Source of the DNA: a virus
Length of the DNA: 64,000 nucleotides
Direction: 5' to 3' (one strand)
Virus record (IMG/VR): IMGVR_UViG_3300029309_000014
Span: 5,323 to 69,322 of that record
The notes under the pieces are model-generated. The model made no database searches. It had not been told where the DNA came from and worked only from the letters and a program-made list of their open reading frames with translations. Positions 17,593 to 26,856 of this stretch are shown here, piece by piece (position 1 is the first letter of the stretch; every line of letters begins with the position of its first letter). A program made the translations under genes and the position numbers.

Positions 17593-18051
17593 TTACTTGG
17601 CTGGGATAACAAACAACTCAACGAAAGCATTACCCCAAGTCGCTTTTTTAGCTGGCGACTGCCCACCATTAAGCGCATCCAATAAAGCATGAAACTTGCG
17701 TGCTTTAATTGAGCGGTGGCAATTATCAACATCTTGTAAAGTAACAAGCTGATTACCAGAGTTGATCAACTGCCAGACCACTTTACCACGAAGTGTAGTT
17801 TTTGGCTGACCGTCAGTATCGTACAAAGTACGCTTGGCCTCGTACGGTAATGGCTGGTCGGTCTTTGGGTCAACCGTTGCCACTAGGCGAACACCGACAT
17901 TGTTTGGGTTGCCGCCAGCGTGCTCCTGAACAAATGAATCAATGTGGTCGGCAGTGATGCCAAACTTTTGTTGATCCTCAGGCAACTCATTGATGCCACG
18001 AAAAACGACTTCTGCCACTTGGGACTTTTTAGCTACAGCTGATTTAGCCAT
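17593..18051 (-). CDS. Hypothetical protein, ordinary-composition paralog of 14692..15222
   Basis: ATG 18051 after TAGAAAGGAG; C-terminal ALNGGQSP..WGNAFVELFV. Confidence 0.75.
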   Translation of the reverse strand: MAKSAVAKKSQVAEVVFRGINELPEDQQKFGITADHIDSFVQEHAGGNPNNVGVRLVATVDPKTDQPLPYEAKRTLYDTDGQPKTTLRGKVVWQLINSGNQLVTLQDVDNCHRSIKARKFHALLDALNGGQSPAKKATWGNAFVELFVIPAK

Positions 18052-18207
18052 AATGATGCTCCTTTCTACGAGCAATACCGCGACTACATTGCCGCTTTGG
18101 TAAGTATAGAGTACCGCAGTTGATAAACGATGTAAATACTTATTTACTCATTTAGAGAAAAAGAATTACCAGTAAAACAGGTATCATATCCCAGAGTAAT
18201 TCCATGA

Positions 18208-18612
18208 TTACCACCAACAGTGATACACGACTTGTGTACCTTCTGCCATTGCTTGCCGAGCGGCTATTACAAACTGATGATCATAATTTTCATATTGTTC
18301 TACCGATTCTTTTTGGAATTGGTCACCGTAGAAAAAACCATTATTGCTAATATTTTCGGCGTACCCTCTAAACACAGCCTTTTCAAGCTCATCTATATCA
18401 GCTTCGGTAAGTACCATATCCTCACAATTTAACTCAACGGCTGGTCTGCCAGTTTTTTTAACCCACAGTTTTTCCATAAATTTTTGAAGCCGAGCATGTT
18501 TACGCCAGTAAAATTCTTGGTCGGCCATTTTTACTTCAAATTCTTTACCAGTATCTGTATCGGTGCGCTTTTCGGTTTTAACGCCAATCATACCATATTG
18601 ATCAAGTCCCAT
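18208..18612 (-). CDS. Conserved phage protein (MGLDQY..YWRKH..YHCWW)
   Basis: 134 aa; GGAGG RBS; motif common in phage early regions. Confidence 0.75.
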   Translation of the reverse strand: MGLDQYGMIGVKTEKRTDTDTGKEFEVKMADQEFYWRKHARLQKFMEKLWVKKTGRPAVELNCEDMVLTEADIDELEKAVFRGYAENISNNGFFYGDQFQKESVEQYENYDHQFVIAARQAMAEGTQVVYHCWW

Positions 18613-18652
18613 TGTACCCTCCAGTTAAGATTGAGCAGTTACACTGCCTATA

Positions 18653-18698
18653 ATTATATAATAAAGCGTGATGCCACATGAAGTAGTATTAAATACTC
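18653..18698 (-). promoter_or_regulatory. Repeated early-promoter element (GAGTA box..CATCAC.CTTTATTATATAAT)
   Basis: Same spacing at 19117-19162 and 20038-20080. Confidence 0.6.
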
Positions 18699-18773
18699 CA
18701 TGTGACTATTTTGTTTAACCAAGTATCCACAGAACTATGAGCAGTGTTATTGCTCCTAAAATGCCAAACAGTA

Positions 18774-19076
18774 TCATGTTTCCCTCAATACACGTTGTTG
18801 GCGAAACCATTGGTGAGTAGCCCCACCCTCTTGTGGATAACGGTGCTCAATGTAAAGCCAGTCATCTGTTACAACTTGCAGATAAATGTAATACTCAAGC
18901 CCACGCTCTACTTCACAAGTACCTGTGGGGTCTTCACAAAGATGCCCTATTTGTTGCTCTAACAAACAATTTTCATATTGCACAATTTCCTCAGGGGATA
19001 ATGTGGCGCAATCAGTATACCATACCTGATGGGTACTATCATCACTGATTACATTTTGCCAAGTATTGTTAGACAT
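18774..19076 (-). CDS. Hypothetical protein
   Basis: 100 aa; GGAGG RBS. Confidence 0.6.
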   Translation of the reverse strand: MSNNTWQNVISDDSTHQVWYTDCATLSPEEIVQYENCLLEQQIGHLCEDPTGTCEVERGLEYYIYLQVVTDDWLYIEHRYPQEGGATHQWFRQQRVLRET

Positions 19077-19116
19077 TACTGCCCTCCATTAGTTGATGTA
19101 GCCACCATTGGCTACC

Positions 19117-19162
19117 ATTATATAATAAAGTGTGATGGGCAAAGAGGTTGGTCATAATACTC
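19117..19162 (-). promoter_or_regulatory. Repeated early-promoter element
   Basis: GAGTAT-N19-CATCACACTTTATTATATAAT. Confidence 0.6.
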
Positions 19163-19224
19163 ATCGCGAGTAAAAAGACGGTCGCCGTAGCGACCGCCAG
19201 TCTTCCAAGGGAGGAGATTTATCA

Positions 19225-19446
19225 TTACTCATCTTTTTGTATCGCGCAAGCATCAATCATTGAGTGTGCGATATTTTTTGCACGAAGGGCAGTATGCTCA
19301 TCAATGAACTCTTCAATCTCATCAGGATCCATCAATCCGCTACTATTGAGTCGCTCTGCACATTGTCGTGCATTAATCTGTCCATCCACAAAATCACTCT
19401 GAGCATCTTCCATAATACCCATCGCCCATGCTTTGACTTTACCCAT
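19225..19446 (-). CDS. Hypothetical protein (MGKVKAWAM)
   Basis: 73 aa; coupled to the upstream ORF. Confidence 0.65.
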   Translation of the reverse strand: MGKVKAWAMGIMEDAQSDFVDGQINARQCAERLNSSGLMDPDEIEEFIDEHTALRAKNIAHSMIDACAIQKDE

Positions 19447-19618
19447 CTTTCCTATACTCCTCCATCCATGTGTTTACAACTTCTGTAGCTGCATGTCTTG
19501 TTAAACCAAACTCTTCCATGATGTATGCGGTAGCCCCGAACATATTGGTTTCGCCACTATCCCGCAAATCATCAAGGAATTGTTTGTACGAATTACTCAA
19601 TCCACCAGAGCTACCCAT
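19439..19618 (-). CDS. Small phage protein (FLDDLRDSGETNMFGA), missing from the ORF track
   Basis: Manual translation, 59 aa; ATG overlaps the upstream TAA. Confidence 0.65.
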   Translation of the reverse strand: MGSSGGLSNSYKQFLDDLRDSGETNMFGATAYIMEEFGLTRHAATEVVNTWMEEYRKDG

Positions 19619-20001
19619 TAGTATTCACTCGGTAGCATAAGTACGCCATCCTGTAAGTAGAACTTGAAACCAGAGTTAGTGGGCAGATCAGTATACTCAA
19701 TAGTGCGAGTATGCAGGGTTATCGGACCACCGCCTTTATCACCATCTGTACCTACAATCACTGCACTATTATCATCATTAACAGTTACTTCAATGAAGAT
19801 AATATAATCTTCTTCACTGAGCAGTGGCAGGAACTCAGTAGCTATAATATCCATAAGCCAGTAAGCACCCATCTTTTCAGCAAAGGATTTAGTACCATCC
19901 GTGAGCCGTAGTTCAGGCGTCATAGGTAATTGGTGGGAATAATGATTTAGGCTACCAGTAAAGGCAGTAAAATCAAAGATCAAGTCTTTTGCATTATTCA
20001 T
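19618..20001 (-). CDS. Conserved phage/MGE protein (LTDG..GAYWLMDII..IEYTD..MLPSEY; DUF6876-like)
   Basis: Motif recognition; TAGAAAGGAG RBS. Confidence 0.7.
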   Translation of the reverse strand: MNNAKDLIFDFTAFTGSLNHYSHQLPMTPELRLTDGTKSFAEKMGAYWLMDIIATEFLPLLSEEDYIIFIEVTVNDDNSAVIVGTDGDKGGGPITLHTRTIEYTDLPTNSGFKFYLQDGVLMLPSEY

Positions 20002-20037
20002 TCTATGCTCCTTTCTATAAGCATTTATACCATACTT

Positions 20038-20080
20038 TAACTATAAAGCCTGAGGTATTGAAAACAACTAATAAATACTC
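20038..20080 (-). promoter_or_regulatory. Repeated early-promoter element
   Basis: GAGTAT-N19-CCTCAGGCTTTATAGTT. Confidence 0.5.
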
Positions 20081-20284
20081 AAAGTAATCGGTTAGGTGTT
20101 CCATGGATTTGCAGCCAATGATTTAAGGTAACATCTGCTTTTGCTCGCCACATCCCGTATAATCAATCAATGAGGGACAGAATGTTTAGAGATCCATGGC
20201 CTTGTATTCCACGATGCTAGACTCCTCTAAAACATCGCTAGGACGTCGTCAAACCTAATACACGTCGCCCAGAAAGGTGTGTCG

Positions 20285-20557
20285 TTACCCCCTCTGTCTC
20301 GGAACAGGATTATTATCATCCTGCCCATACCTATAATTCAAACCCCAAAACTCCGATGCTTCCTCATCACAGTGCATAATACGCAACTCTTGCCTATCAA
20401 TAATCCAAACTTCATTATCGGGGCGAAAGCATATCCTAGCATGTAGGTTATCACTTATATCAAACGCACTACACTCAGCAGTAGTCGGGCTTGCCCAGTC
20501 AAATGAAACAATTAGTTCCAGAAGCTCTGGATCCTTTTCCAAATTCTTTTTATCCAT
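20285..20557 (-). CDS. Hypothetical protein
   Basis: 90 aa; AAGGAGG RBS. Confidence 0.65.
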   Translation of the reverse strand: MDKKNLEKDPELLELIVSFDWASPTTAECSAFDISDNLHARICFRPDNEVWIIDRQELRIMHCDEEASEFWGLNYRYGQDDNNPVPRQRG

Positions 20558-20605
20558 CGGTCCCTCCTTGGTGTTGCAGATAAAATATGTAACCCAATCA
20601 ATGAG

Positions 20606-20824
20606 TTACCCCCAGTCTTTACGGTCTTCTTCTGTATCATAACCATTACGATACTCCTTTATTTGTTCAGGAGTCATATTTTCTATCTTTACTTCACGAA
20701 AACACAGCTCCATCTTGCCAGCGATAGACTCATATGTCCATACATGATAATGCGGTCGGTACACCCGACCGTAGTAGCGATCAACACTACCACGATCGGC
20801 TGGTGTACCATGATTACCCCACAT
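20606..20824 (-). CDS. Small phage protein (HGTPADRGSVDRYYGR..RPHY)
   Basis: In-frame ATG 20824 overlapping the upstream gene end. Confidence 0.6.
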   Translation of the reverse strand: MWGNHGTPADRGSVDRYYGRVYRPHYHVWTYESIAGKMELCFREVKIENMTPEQIKEYRNGYDTEEDRKDWG

Positions 20825-21047
20825 TACTCTCAAGCTCCCTATCAATACGAGCTTGGGCAATACGCTCAGCACATAACATAGCTTCTTTATGCACTTGAGG
20901 ATGCCGTGCTTCAACATAACCAACATATGCGAGTAGCTCACCGTATATTTGGCTCAAGTCACCAATAGCATGAGCAGCATCAAGTATACCGTGATGCACC
21001 TTGGTAAACTCTTCAAGGTTTTCAATCAAGTCTTTATTTGCAGTCAT
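20814..21047 (-). CDS. Hypothetical protein
   Basis: 77 aa; AGAAAGGAG RBS. Confidence 0.65.
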   Translation of the reverse strand: MTANKDLIENLEEFTKVHHGILDAAHAIGDLSQIYGELLAYVGYVEARHPQVHKEAMLCAERIAQARIDRELESNVG

Positions 21048-21085
21048 GGCTTGCTCCTTTCTTTAACAATATGCCATAATTAACT

Positions 21086-21412
21086 TTATGTATTTACAGC
21101 CTCATGTGCAAGCCGTAATTTATCACGCCGATAAATATTGTATATCATCTGTCGGCTTACACCATAATCATTAGCGATACTTTGGTATGACTCACCAGCC
21201 TCCCGTCTATTGCGAATATCAATACGACGAGCAGTAATCCAATCAGCATCTTGGCGTGTATGTCTACCATCGGGTAGATCTAGGTTATACTGCATCTTCC
21301 ATCGGAGAACGGTCGGTGGTGCAATATCAAAATGATCGCGGAACTCTTTATGGCTACCGACAGTAGCTGCTACTTCACGCAATGTTTCTACATCAATCGG
21401 AGTTCTAGCCAT
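21086..21412 (-). CDS. HTH DNA-binding protein
   Basis: GESYQSIANDYGVSRQMIYNI helix-turn-helix plus an N-terminal HTH-like segment. Confidence 0.7.
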   Translation of the reverse strand: MARTPIDVETLREVAATVGSHKEFRDHFDIAPPTVLRWKMQYNLDLPDGRHTRQDADWITARRIDIRNRREAGESYQSIANDYGVSRQMIYNIYRRDKLRLAHEAVNT

Positions 21413-21662
21413 TTTGCTTCTCCCAAAACTCATCCGGCCTATCATACGGATGTTTAGGTGTACTAGAATCACCCGAGCGTAATTTATAGTGACGAGTGGT
21501 ATTCTCTTTAGGTGTTGCGTGGAATGATTTCATATACCGATGTAACTCATCTAGTGATGGAAACATAAGTGGGTCTTTAACCATAGGTCCATCCAGTAAC
21601 CAGATTTTACAACCTGTATCAGTAACATCATTAGCTTGGTAGACTTCCCATACAGGTTTCAT
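21405..21662 (-). CDS. Hypothetical protein
   Basis: 85 aa; ATGA coupling. Confidence 0.6.
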   Translation of the reverse strand: MKPVWEVYQANDVTDTGCKIWLLDGPMVKDPLMFPSLDELHRYMKSFHATPKENTTRHYKLRSGDSSTPKHPYDRPDEFWEKQNG

Positions 21663-22105
21663 GCTGCCCTCCTTGCTACAAGTGCATTATGAGAACGGAT
21701 GCCCTGTTGTGTTATATGGTAATAGTAAGGGCGACCAGAAGTGCCAATGCGTTGTAAATCACCACGAGTACAAAGTGTTGACAGTATTTTAGATGGGTCG
21801 CACTCATTGGCTAGATGGTCAAAATCATCTTTACACATTGTTGCTCTTGTCTGTGCAAACTGCTCAAGTATCTTAGAAGTGTAACTTTCTTTTGTACGCA
21901 TTGAGCTTTGTGCAGCAGTAACTTTTTTCTTACGACGTATAGGCACGGCTGGCGACATTGGTTTAAGGTCAGCGAGCATTGGCATTTGTTTAATAAGCCA
22001 ACGGATCTGACCACCAATAGTACGGCACTCATGGTCAGCTACTCGCTTGAGTATTTCATAGGTCTCAATATCGAGAGCTACGGATTTATGGTTATTGGTG
22101 TCCAT
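21659..22105 (-). CDS. Ribbon-helix-helix (Arc-like) regulator with C-terminal winged-helix-like domain
   Basis: HKSVALDIETYEILKRVADHECRTIGGQIRWLI; LSTLCTRGDLQRIG..YYYHITQQG. Confidence 0.6.
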   Translation of the reverse strand: MDTNNHKSVALDIETYEILKRVADHECRTIGGQIRWLIKQMPMLADLKPMSPAVPIRRKKKVTAAQSSMRTKESYTSKILEQFAQTRATMCKDDFDHLANECDPSKILSTLCTRGDLQRIGTSGRPYYYHITQQGIRSHNALVARRAA

Positions 22106-22114
22106 TTCTTTCTC

Positions 22115-22588
22115 CTATGCACACAGGTCTAACATAAAGTCAGGGATAGGTCTATTAGTCCACTTACAAAATTTTGACTTTTCCCCACGGTAGTAATCAC
22201 GGTACGCAACCATAACATCATGGTGTTTATACTCATCTGGCATAGCTTGTGGAAATTTAGTAAACCCACGAGCAGTAAGAGCAGGAGGCGCACATCGCAC
22301 CGCATACAATACTGATTCGGACTTATGTACATTGCCGTATCGGTAAGTGTATTCTTTGAATAGGTGATAACCCACACTCCAAGCTAAACGGTAATTATCT
22401 ACAGTTTGGCCTACCCATAGAGTGCAGGGGTGTTTTTCATGTACAGATAGATAAGGTGCTTCATTGCCATGTTGCCAATGAGTAGTGCAAAGCATCTGCA
22501 CCATCTCAAGTGGCATTTTGACAACATGCTTATCACAGTGCATTTGAGCGCACTGCTGAGGATCCATAGATAACCAGAATATATTCAT
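22115..22588 (-). CDS. Pyrimidine-dimer DNA glycosylase / endonuclease V-like family protein
   Basis: MNIFWL..CAQMHCDKHVVKMPLE..QML..HPCTLW..FPQAMP..AYRDYY. Confidence 0.75.
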   Translation of the reverse strand: MNIFWLSMDPQQCAQMHCDKHVVKMPLEMVQMLCTTHWQHGNEAPYLSVHEKHPCTLWVGQTVDNYRLAWSVGYHLFKEYTYRYGNVHKSESVLYAVRCAPPALTARGFTKFPQAMPDEYKHHDVMVAYRDYYRGEKSKFCKWTNRPIPDFMLDLCA

Positions 22589-22833
22589 GGCAGTCTGTGC
22601 TCCGCAATAGGTAAGCTGACTGTGAGTAAGCGGTTGGGTGGCTGACATATAGCATACATGAGTACCCTACGCTGTGGCTCCTCAGCTTTTAGTTTGCGTA
22701 TTGCCATAGTGCAATCCTGTAAATCATCATAACGCCATGTGCTGTATTTGGCACAGCCATGGAACTCTGTAATTGTGTAATAAACTACATGGTCAAACAT
22801 ATAGTCTTCATATTGTTGCCAATCCATAAGCAA
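22585..22833 (-). CDS. Hypothetical protein
   Basis: ~80 aa; AGAAAGG RBS. Confidence 0.6.
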   Translation of the reverse strand: MLMDWQQYEDYMFDHVVYYTITEFHGCAKYSTWRYDDLQDCTMAIRKLKAEEPQRRVLMYAICQPPNRLLTVSLPIAEHRLP

Positions 22834-22915
22834 ACCTTTCTGCGTTTACTTAATTATAGTAGCATACCTATTTACGGATTTGTACTTCAAGGTAATAAAA
22901 AAGTTATCTTTTTTA

Positions 22916-23443
22916 TCAAACGCTTAAATTATAATGGATTAGCACTTTATTCACTGGTTCAAAATCAGCTAAATCAGAAAACTTTTTATAGAGATAGTTG
23001 ATGCCTGTGTGCATTATCACTTTCATCTGGTCACTTTGATTTGAATGGCGATGGGAATAGAGTACGAGTTCAAGCATATCTGCCATTTTCAATCTATTCT
23101 TTTCTTCTGGAGTGAGAACAAATATCAATCCAAGGTCATCCATCACTTTCTTTTCAGCATCTTCAAATGCTTTATGTACCTCAGGAAAAGACCATTTAGC
23201 TGTGGCTGGTATATCACCAAGAATGAGTTCAGGTACATCATGGTACAATGAAGCCATAATCAATTGTTTTGTACTATCAGGCCAAAGCTGGTCAATCAAT
23301 ATACTTACTGCGTATGAATGTGCTCCCACTGTCTGTCTCTCTGCTTGCATGGCAACTGTGTGGAAGCGCAATAAGAACTGAGCATCCCACGCTGTTGTCA
23401 AAGTTTTAATGTTCGGTATTGTCTTGCATTGGCGTTGCGCCAT
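22916..23443 (-). CDS. HD-domain 5'-deoxynucleotidase (YfbR-like)
   Basis: RFH..QTVGAHS..LYHDVPE..GDIP..KMADMLE. Confidence 0.82.
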   Translation of the reverse strand: MAQRQCKTIPNIKTLTTAWDAQFLLRFHTVAMQAERQTVGAHSYAVSILIDQLWPDSTKQLIMASLYHDVPELILGDIPATAKWSFPEVHKAFEDAEKKVMDDLGLIFVLTPEEKNRLKMADMLELVLYSHRHSNQSDQMKVIMHTGINYLYKKFSDLADFEPVNKVLIHYNLSV

Positions 23444-25325
23444 CGCTTACCCCTCTTAACCACGGCTTATCACTAAATGTTTTCTTTGCTTCGCCCCAAC
23501 TCGGACCAAACTCAGCATCTACCACACTTGGTATTTGCATATCAACACATGTCTGCATTATTTCTTTTATTTTCAATCCATTATCCGGATCACCAACTGA
23601 TATATCTAATTCATCATGCACTTGTATGAGGGGTACTATCCCTTCTTTATGCAAAGCTACCATCGCAGCTTTTGTCTGATCGGCAGCACTGCCCTGTATC
23701 AATCGGTTAAGTGCTTTATAAGTGAAGGCACGTTTGATAGCTGGACCATGCTCTGCATATGCATCCTCATATTTCTGTGGTTTATACAATCCATACGCAT
23801 TTGGTTCCCACTTATCAAACCTACATTTGCGACCAAGCAGGGTACGGATAACACCTTTATTAGAAGCACGGTTGACTACATAATCAGCAAGCTGTTGAAC
23901 AAAGGGGACTTTACCGTGGTACTCAGCAAATAAATCTTTAGCATCTTCAAACTCTAAACCAAGCTGCTCTGCCAGTTTATTCTTACCCATCCCATAAAAC
24001 AGACCAAGGTTTATATCTTTAGCTTGTTTGCGTGGCACTCCTACAATATCGGCAGCCATCTGGTGAAAGTCTGTATTAGCATCTACATTGTATTGGTCGG
24101 CAAACTCTTGTGCGCCTGTCAATTTAAGTAGACTTGCATAATGAACAACGAGCCGTGGTTCTTGGCTACTGTAATCAAAAGCCCCCCACAGTTCACCTTC
24201 TTCTGGTAAAAACAATCCGCGTATCATCGGACCAATCTCAGCATTCCTTGCTGGCACTTGCTGTAGATTAGGATTGCTATAACTAAAACGACCTGTAACC
24301 GTCCCACCATCATCACTGCGAAGGCTGTGTGCTTCCGCATGAATGCGACCATTATGTTGGTGCTTTATAATAGTATCGATAAAAGTAGTTCTAGCTTTAT
24401 TCAGCTCACGAGCTCGAACCACAGCCTGAGGTAATGAATGGGCATGGTTAGCTAGAAAATTTTTAGTAAAGCTAGGCTGTCCTGATTTGGGCGTTTTAGG
24501 GTAAGTCAACCCATTTGCATCAAATGCTTTAGCAATACTAGCTGCTGCCCATATATCAATATTACTGCCACCAGCTTCTTGTAATACTTTTTCTTCTTCA
24601 GCTTGCAGATACTGTTTTAACTCTTCAGCTTTACCAAGGTCTACACGCACACCTTTTTTACGCATGTCAAATACAACTTTGAGGACATTTAACTCAAGGT
24701 CAAATATATCTCCTACATCTTCTTTCTGTATGAGACCCTTAAAGAACTGCCATAGCTTCAGGGTAAGTGCCGCATCCTGTTCTGCATATGCTCCAACAAA
24801 ATGAGCTGGGAGTTTATACATCTCACTCTTAGCATTTACACCAAAAGAGTTAGCTGCTTCATATAAATCCCTTTCACTCTTACGTTCATTAAGGTAATCG
24901 CGACCAAGAGCATTTAAGGCATAACTAAATCTGTTTTCATCAAGTAATGCGGCAACAACCATTGTATCAACAATACGACCTTTTACTTCTATACCTTCTG
25001 CCCATAACCATCCGAGGTCATACATAGCATTATGCATAATGTAATCGCGCTCAATAGAGCATACATCAGCCAGCCAGCGGAGGGTTTGCTTTGCATCTAA
25101 ATTACTGCCATTTTCATGCCTGATTGGGAAATACCAAGAAGCACCATCTACAGCTACAGCGACGCCAATTACATAACCATCATTGCGAGGCCAGCCACTA
25201 CCCCGAGAAGTAAGGTTAGGGTCACAAGTTTCTAAATCAATAGATACTTCCCTAGCCTCTGCTAAGTTGGGATAGCCATCAGGCATAACCCACTCAGTCG
25301 GAGGTGTGAATAGAGGAAACTGCAT
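23406..25325 (-). CDS. polA: DNA polymerase family A with 3'-5' exonuclease
   Basis: DLET Exo I, HNAMYD Exo II, TGRFSYSNPNLQQVP, FDYSSQEPR (A), RKQAKDINLGLFYG (B), QVHDEL (C). Confidence 0.95.
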   Translation of the reverse strand: MQFPLFTPPTEWVMPDGYPNLAEAREVSIDLETCDPNLTSRGSGWPRNDGYVIGVAVAVDGASWYFPIRHENGSNLDAKQTLRWLADVCSIERDYIMHNAMYDLGWLWAEGIEVKGRIVDTMVVAALLDENRFSYALNALGRDYLNERKSERDLYEAANSFGVNAKSEMYKLPAHFVGAYAEQDAALTLKLWQFFKGLIQKEDVGDIFDLELNVLKVVFDMRKKGVRVDLGKAEELKQYLQAEEEKVLQEAGGSNIDIWAAASIAKAFDANGLTYPKTPKSGQPSFTKNFLANHAHSLPQAVVRARELNKARTTFIDTIIKHQHNGRIHAEAHSLRSDDGGTVTGRFSYSNPNLQQVPARNAEIGPMIRGLFLPEEGELWGAFDYSSQEPRLVVHYASLLKLTGAQEFADQYNVDANTDFHQMAADIVGVPRKQAKDINLGLFYGMGKNKLAEQLGLEFEDAKDLFAEYHGKVPFVQQLADYVVNRASNKGVIRTLLGRKCRFDKWEPNAYGLYKPQKYEDAYAEHGPAIKRAFTYKALNRLIQGSAADQTKAAMVALHKEGIVPLIQVHDELDISVGDPDNGLKIKEIMQTCVDMQIPSVVDAEFGPSWGEAKKTFSDKPWLRGVSDGATPMQDNTEH

Positions 25326-25467
25326 CGTTTACTTTTACCTTCATAGGTTGGTTACATTTAGAGCAGTGAGGCCATTTGTTTTTGAGTTTGCGAAAAGTCA
25401 TTACCCTCTTTTCCCTACCACACTCACACTCGGCTAATACTTCTCTATCCAGCTTTTCGTTTACCAT
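25294..25467 (-). CDS. Small zinc-finger protein (CxC..CxxC), missing from the ORF track
   Basis: Manual translation MVNEKLDREVLAECECGREKRVMTFRKLKNKWPHCSKCNQPMKVKV.., 57 aa. Confidence 0.55.
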   Translation of the reverse strand: MVNEKLDREVLAECECGREKRVMTFRKLKNKWPHCSKCNQPMKVKVNDAVSSIHTSD

Positions 25468-25858
25468 TACCTCGCATTCGCACTTCTGCTTCTACAAGAA
25501 ATAAATACCGACGTAAGTCACGGATATCATCAAGGATACCTTCCTCACGCATATCATCAAAGGCAGCTTTAAATACATCATAATTATATTCTGTAACTTG
25601 TTTTTCAAGCCTATCCCATTTACGAGCCAGCATCATAAAAGCACCAACACCGCCACGCTGCTTCCAGCTATCACCGTAAGACTGCTCTGAATTATGTAAC
25701 CCTTCTACATCTTGATTAGCTAACCCAACGATATTATTAACAATAGGGCTATAATCATCAGGGGTAATATCACCGTTTTTTGCCATATTTGTATACTCCT
25801 CCCAATCTAATTCCTGCATACGCCTTTTCATGTATTGTTCGTGGCTTTCTCTTGCCAT
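25445..25858 (-). CDS. Nucleotide-modification-associated all-alpha protein (Nmad1/DUF1599, MazG-like)
   Basis: SYGDSWKQRG..RKWDRL..ILDDIRDLRRY. Confidence 0.65.
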   Translation of the reverse strand: MARESHEQYMKRRMQELDWEEYTNMAKNGDITPDDYSPIVNNIVGLANQDVEGLHNSEQSYGDSWKQRGGVGAFMMLARKWDRLEKQVTEYNYDVFKAAFDDMREEGILDDIRDLRRYLFLVEAEVRMRGNGKRKAG

Positions 25859-26856
25859 TTATCTCTCCTACGTTCTAACCATTCCCAAGTAGCTAAATGC
25901 CAATCATCGGGTTTTATATCTGCACAATGGTCAAAAGCTAAAGCTAATTCTTTAGCTTTCCATGCTTGCCATACTCGGTGCATAGGTTGTGCCAAATCGG
26001 AGAAACAGGAATTTATATATGGTCTTGGCCTTTCAGTATCTTCCATAAACCATTCTAACTCTTCATCAAATGATTCTATATTATTTACAAGAGCATCTGG
26101 CCTAATCATACGCACATTGTATGATTCATAATCAGGGTTCATACCCTCTAGCTTTTTTAATACTTCAGTATAAGCATGAAGGTTATTACTAAACTGTGTA
26201 TAGATACCAACACTCGCGCCAATGCGAGAGGCTATATACTCTTGAAGAATGGACATATGGACAGCATTAGCTCCCAATGCACCCCAGATCATATCATTAC
26301 TACGGTTACATACTGTCATATCCAATATATTATCACGCACATTAAAATAGATATGAGTATTACAGGGATGGTCTTTACAGCTATTACTCATCCGTAAATC
26401 ACCCTCAGCATCCCACATTGCTAGAACTGCTCGTCTATCATTTGTATGTGTCATCAACCTGTGGATGATTACATCAATCTGATCACGATGAAAGTAATTA
26501 CGCCAACGGTATCCGTATGCTCCCTGTAATATTTTACCATCATCACTATACTCACCCATCCGTGCATTATAGCGTTGTATCCACTCTAAATCATTACGCC
26601 CTGCTAACATCCACAGGCTTTCCATAAAGTGAAATATTGGGTTTGCATCACGTTCGGGGTAAAACAGTACACGCTCGCGTGGGTTATTGTAGACAATAGC
26701 ACATGGTTCACGGAACTCAATTGCTTTACCATTACGAGTTTCTACTTCTACACCATTAGCTTCTAATGCTTGCTTCACAACAAACAATGCTTCGCTTACA
26801 TTTCCTACGGTGAAAGTATGCACCCCTCGCATGGGTGCTTTGCCATATAATGCCAT
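25828..26856 (-). CDS. Thymidylate-synthase-fold enzyme, probable dUMP hydroxymethylase
   Basis: Catalytic PC (KDHPCNTH); RSNDMIWGALGAN with Asn at the dUMP-specificity position; NLHAY; context of hypermodification genes. Confidence 0.8.
   Translation of the reverse strand: MALYGKAPMRGVHTFTVGNVSEALFVVKQALEANGVEVETRNGKAIEFREPCAIVYNNPRERVLFYPERDANPIFHFMESLWMLAGRNDLEWIQRYNARMGEYSDDGKILQGAYGYRWRNYFHRDQIDVIIHRLMTHTNDRRAVLAMWDAEGDLRMSNSCKDHPCNTHIYFNVRDNILDMTVCNRSNDMIWGALGANAVHMSILQEYIASRIGASVGIYTQFSNNLHAYTEVLKKLEGMNPDYESYNVRMIRPDALVNNIESFDEELEWFMEDTERPRPYINSCFSDLAQPMHRVWQAWKAKELALAFDHCADIKPDDWHLATWEWLERRRDKWQEKATNNT

Noticed and set aside
20088-20284. tRNA or tmRNA call
   Set aside because: Only vague resemblance (GGTTTGAC, TGCAAATCC); no acceptor stem with CCA and no tag ORF found.
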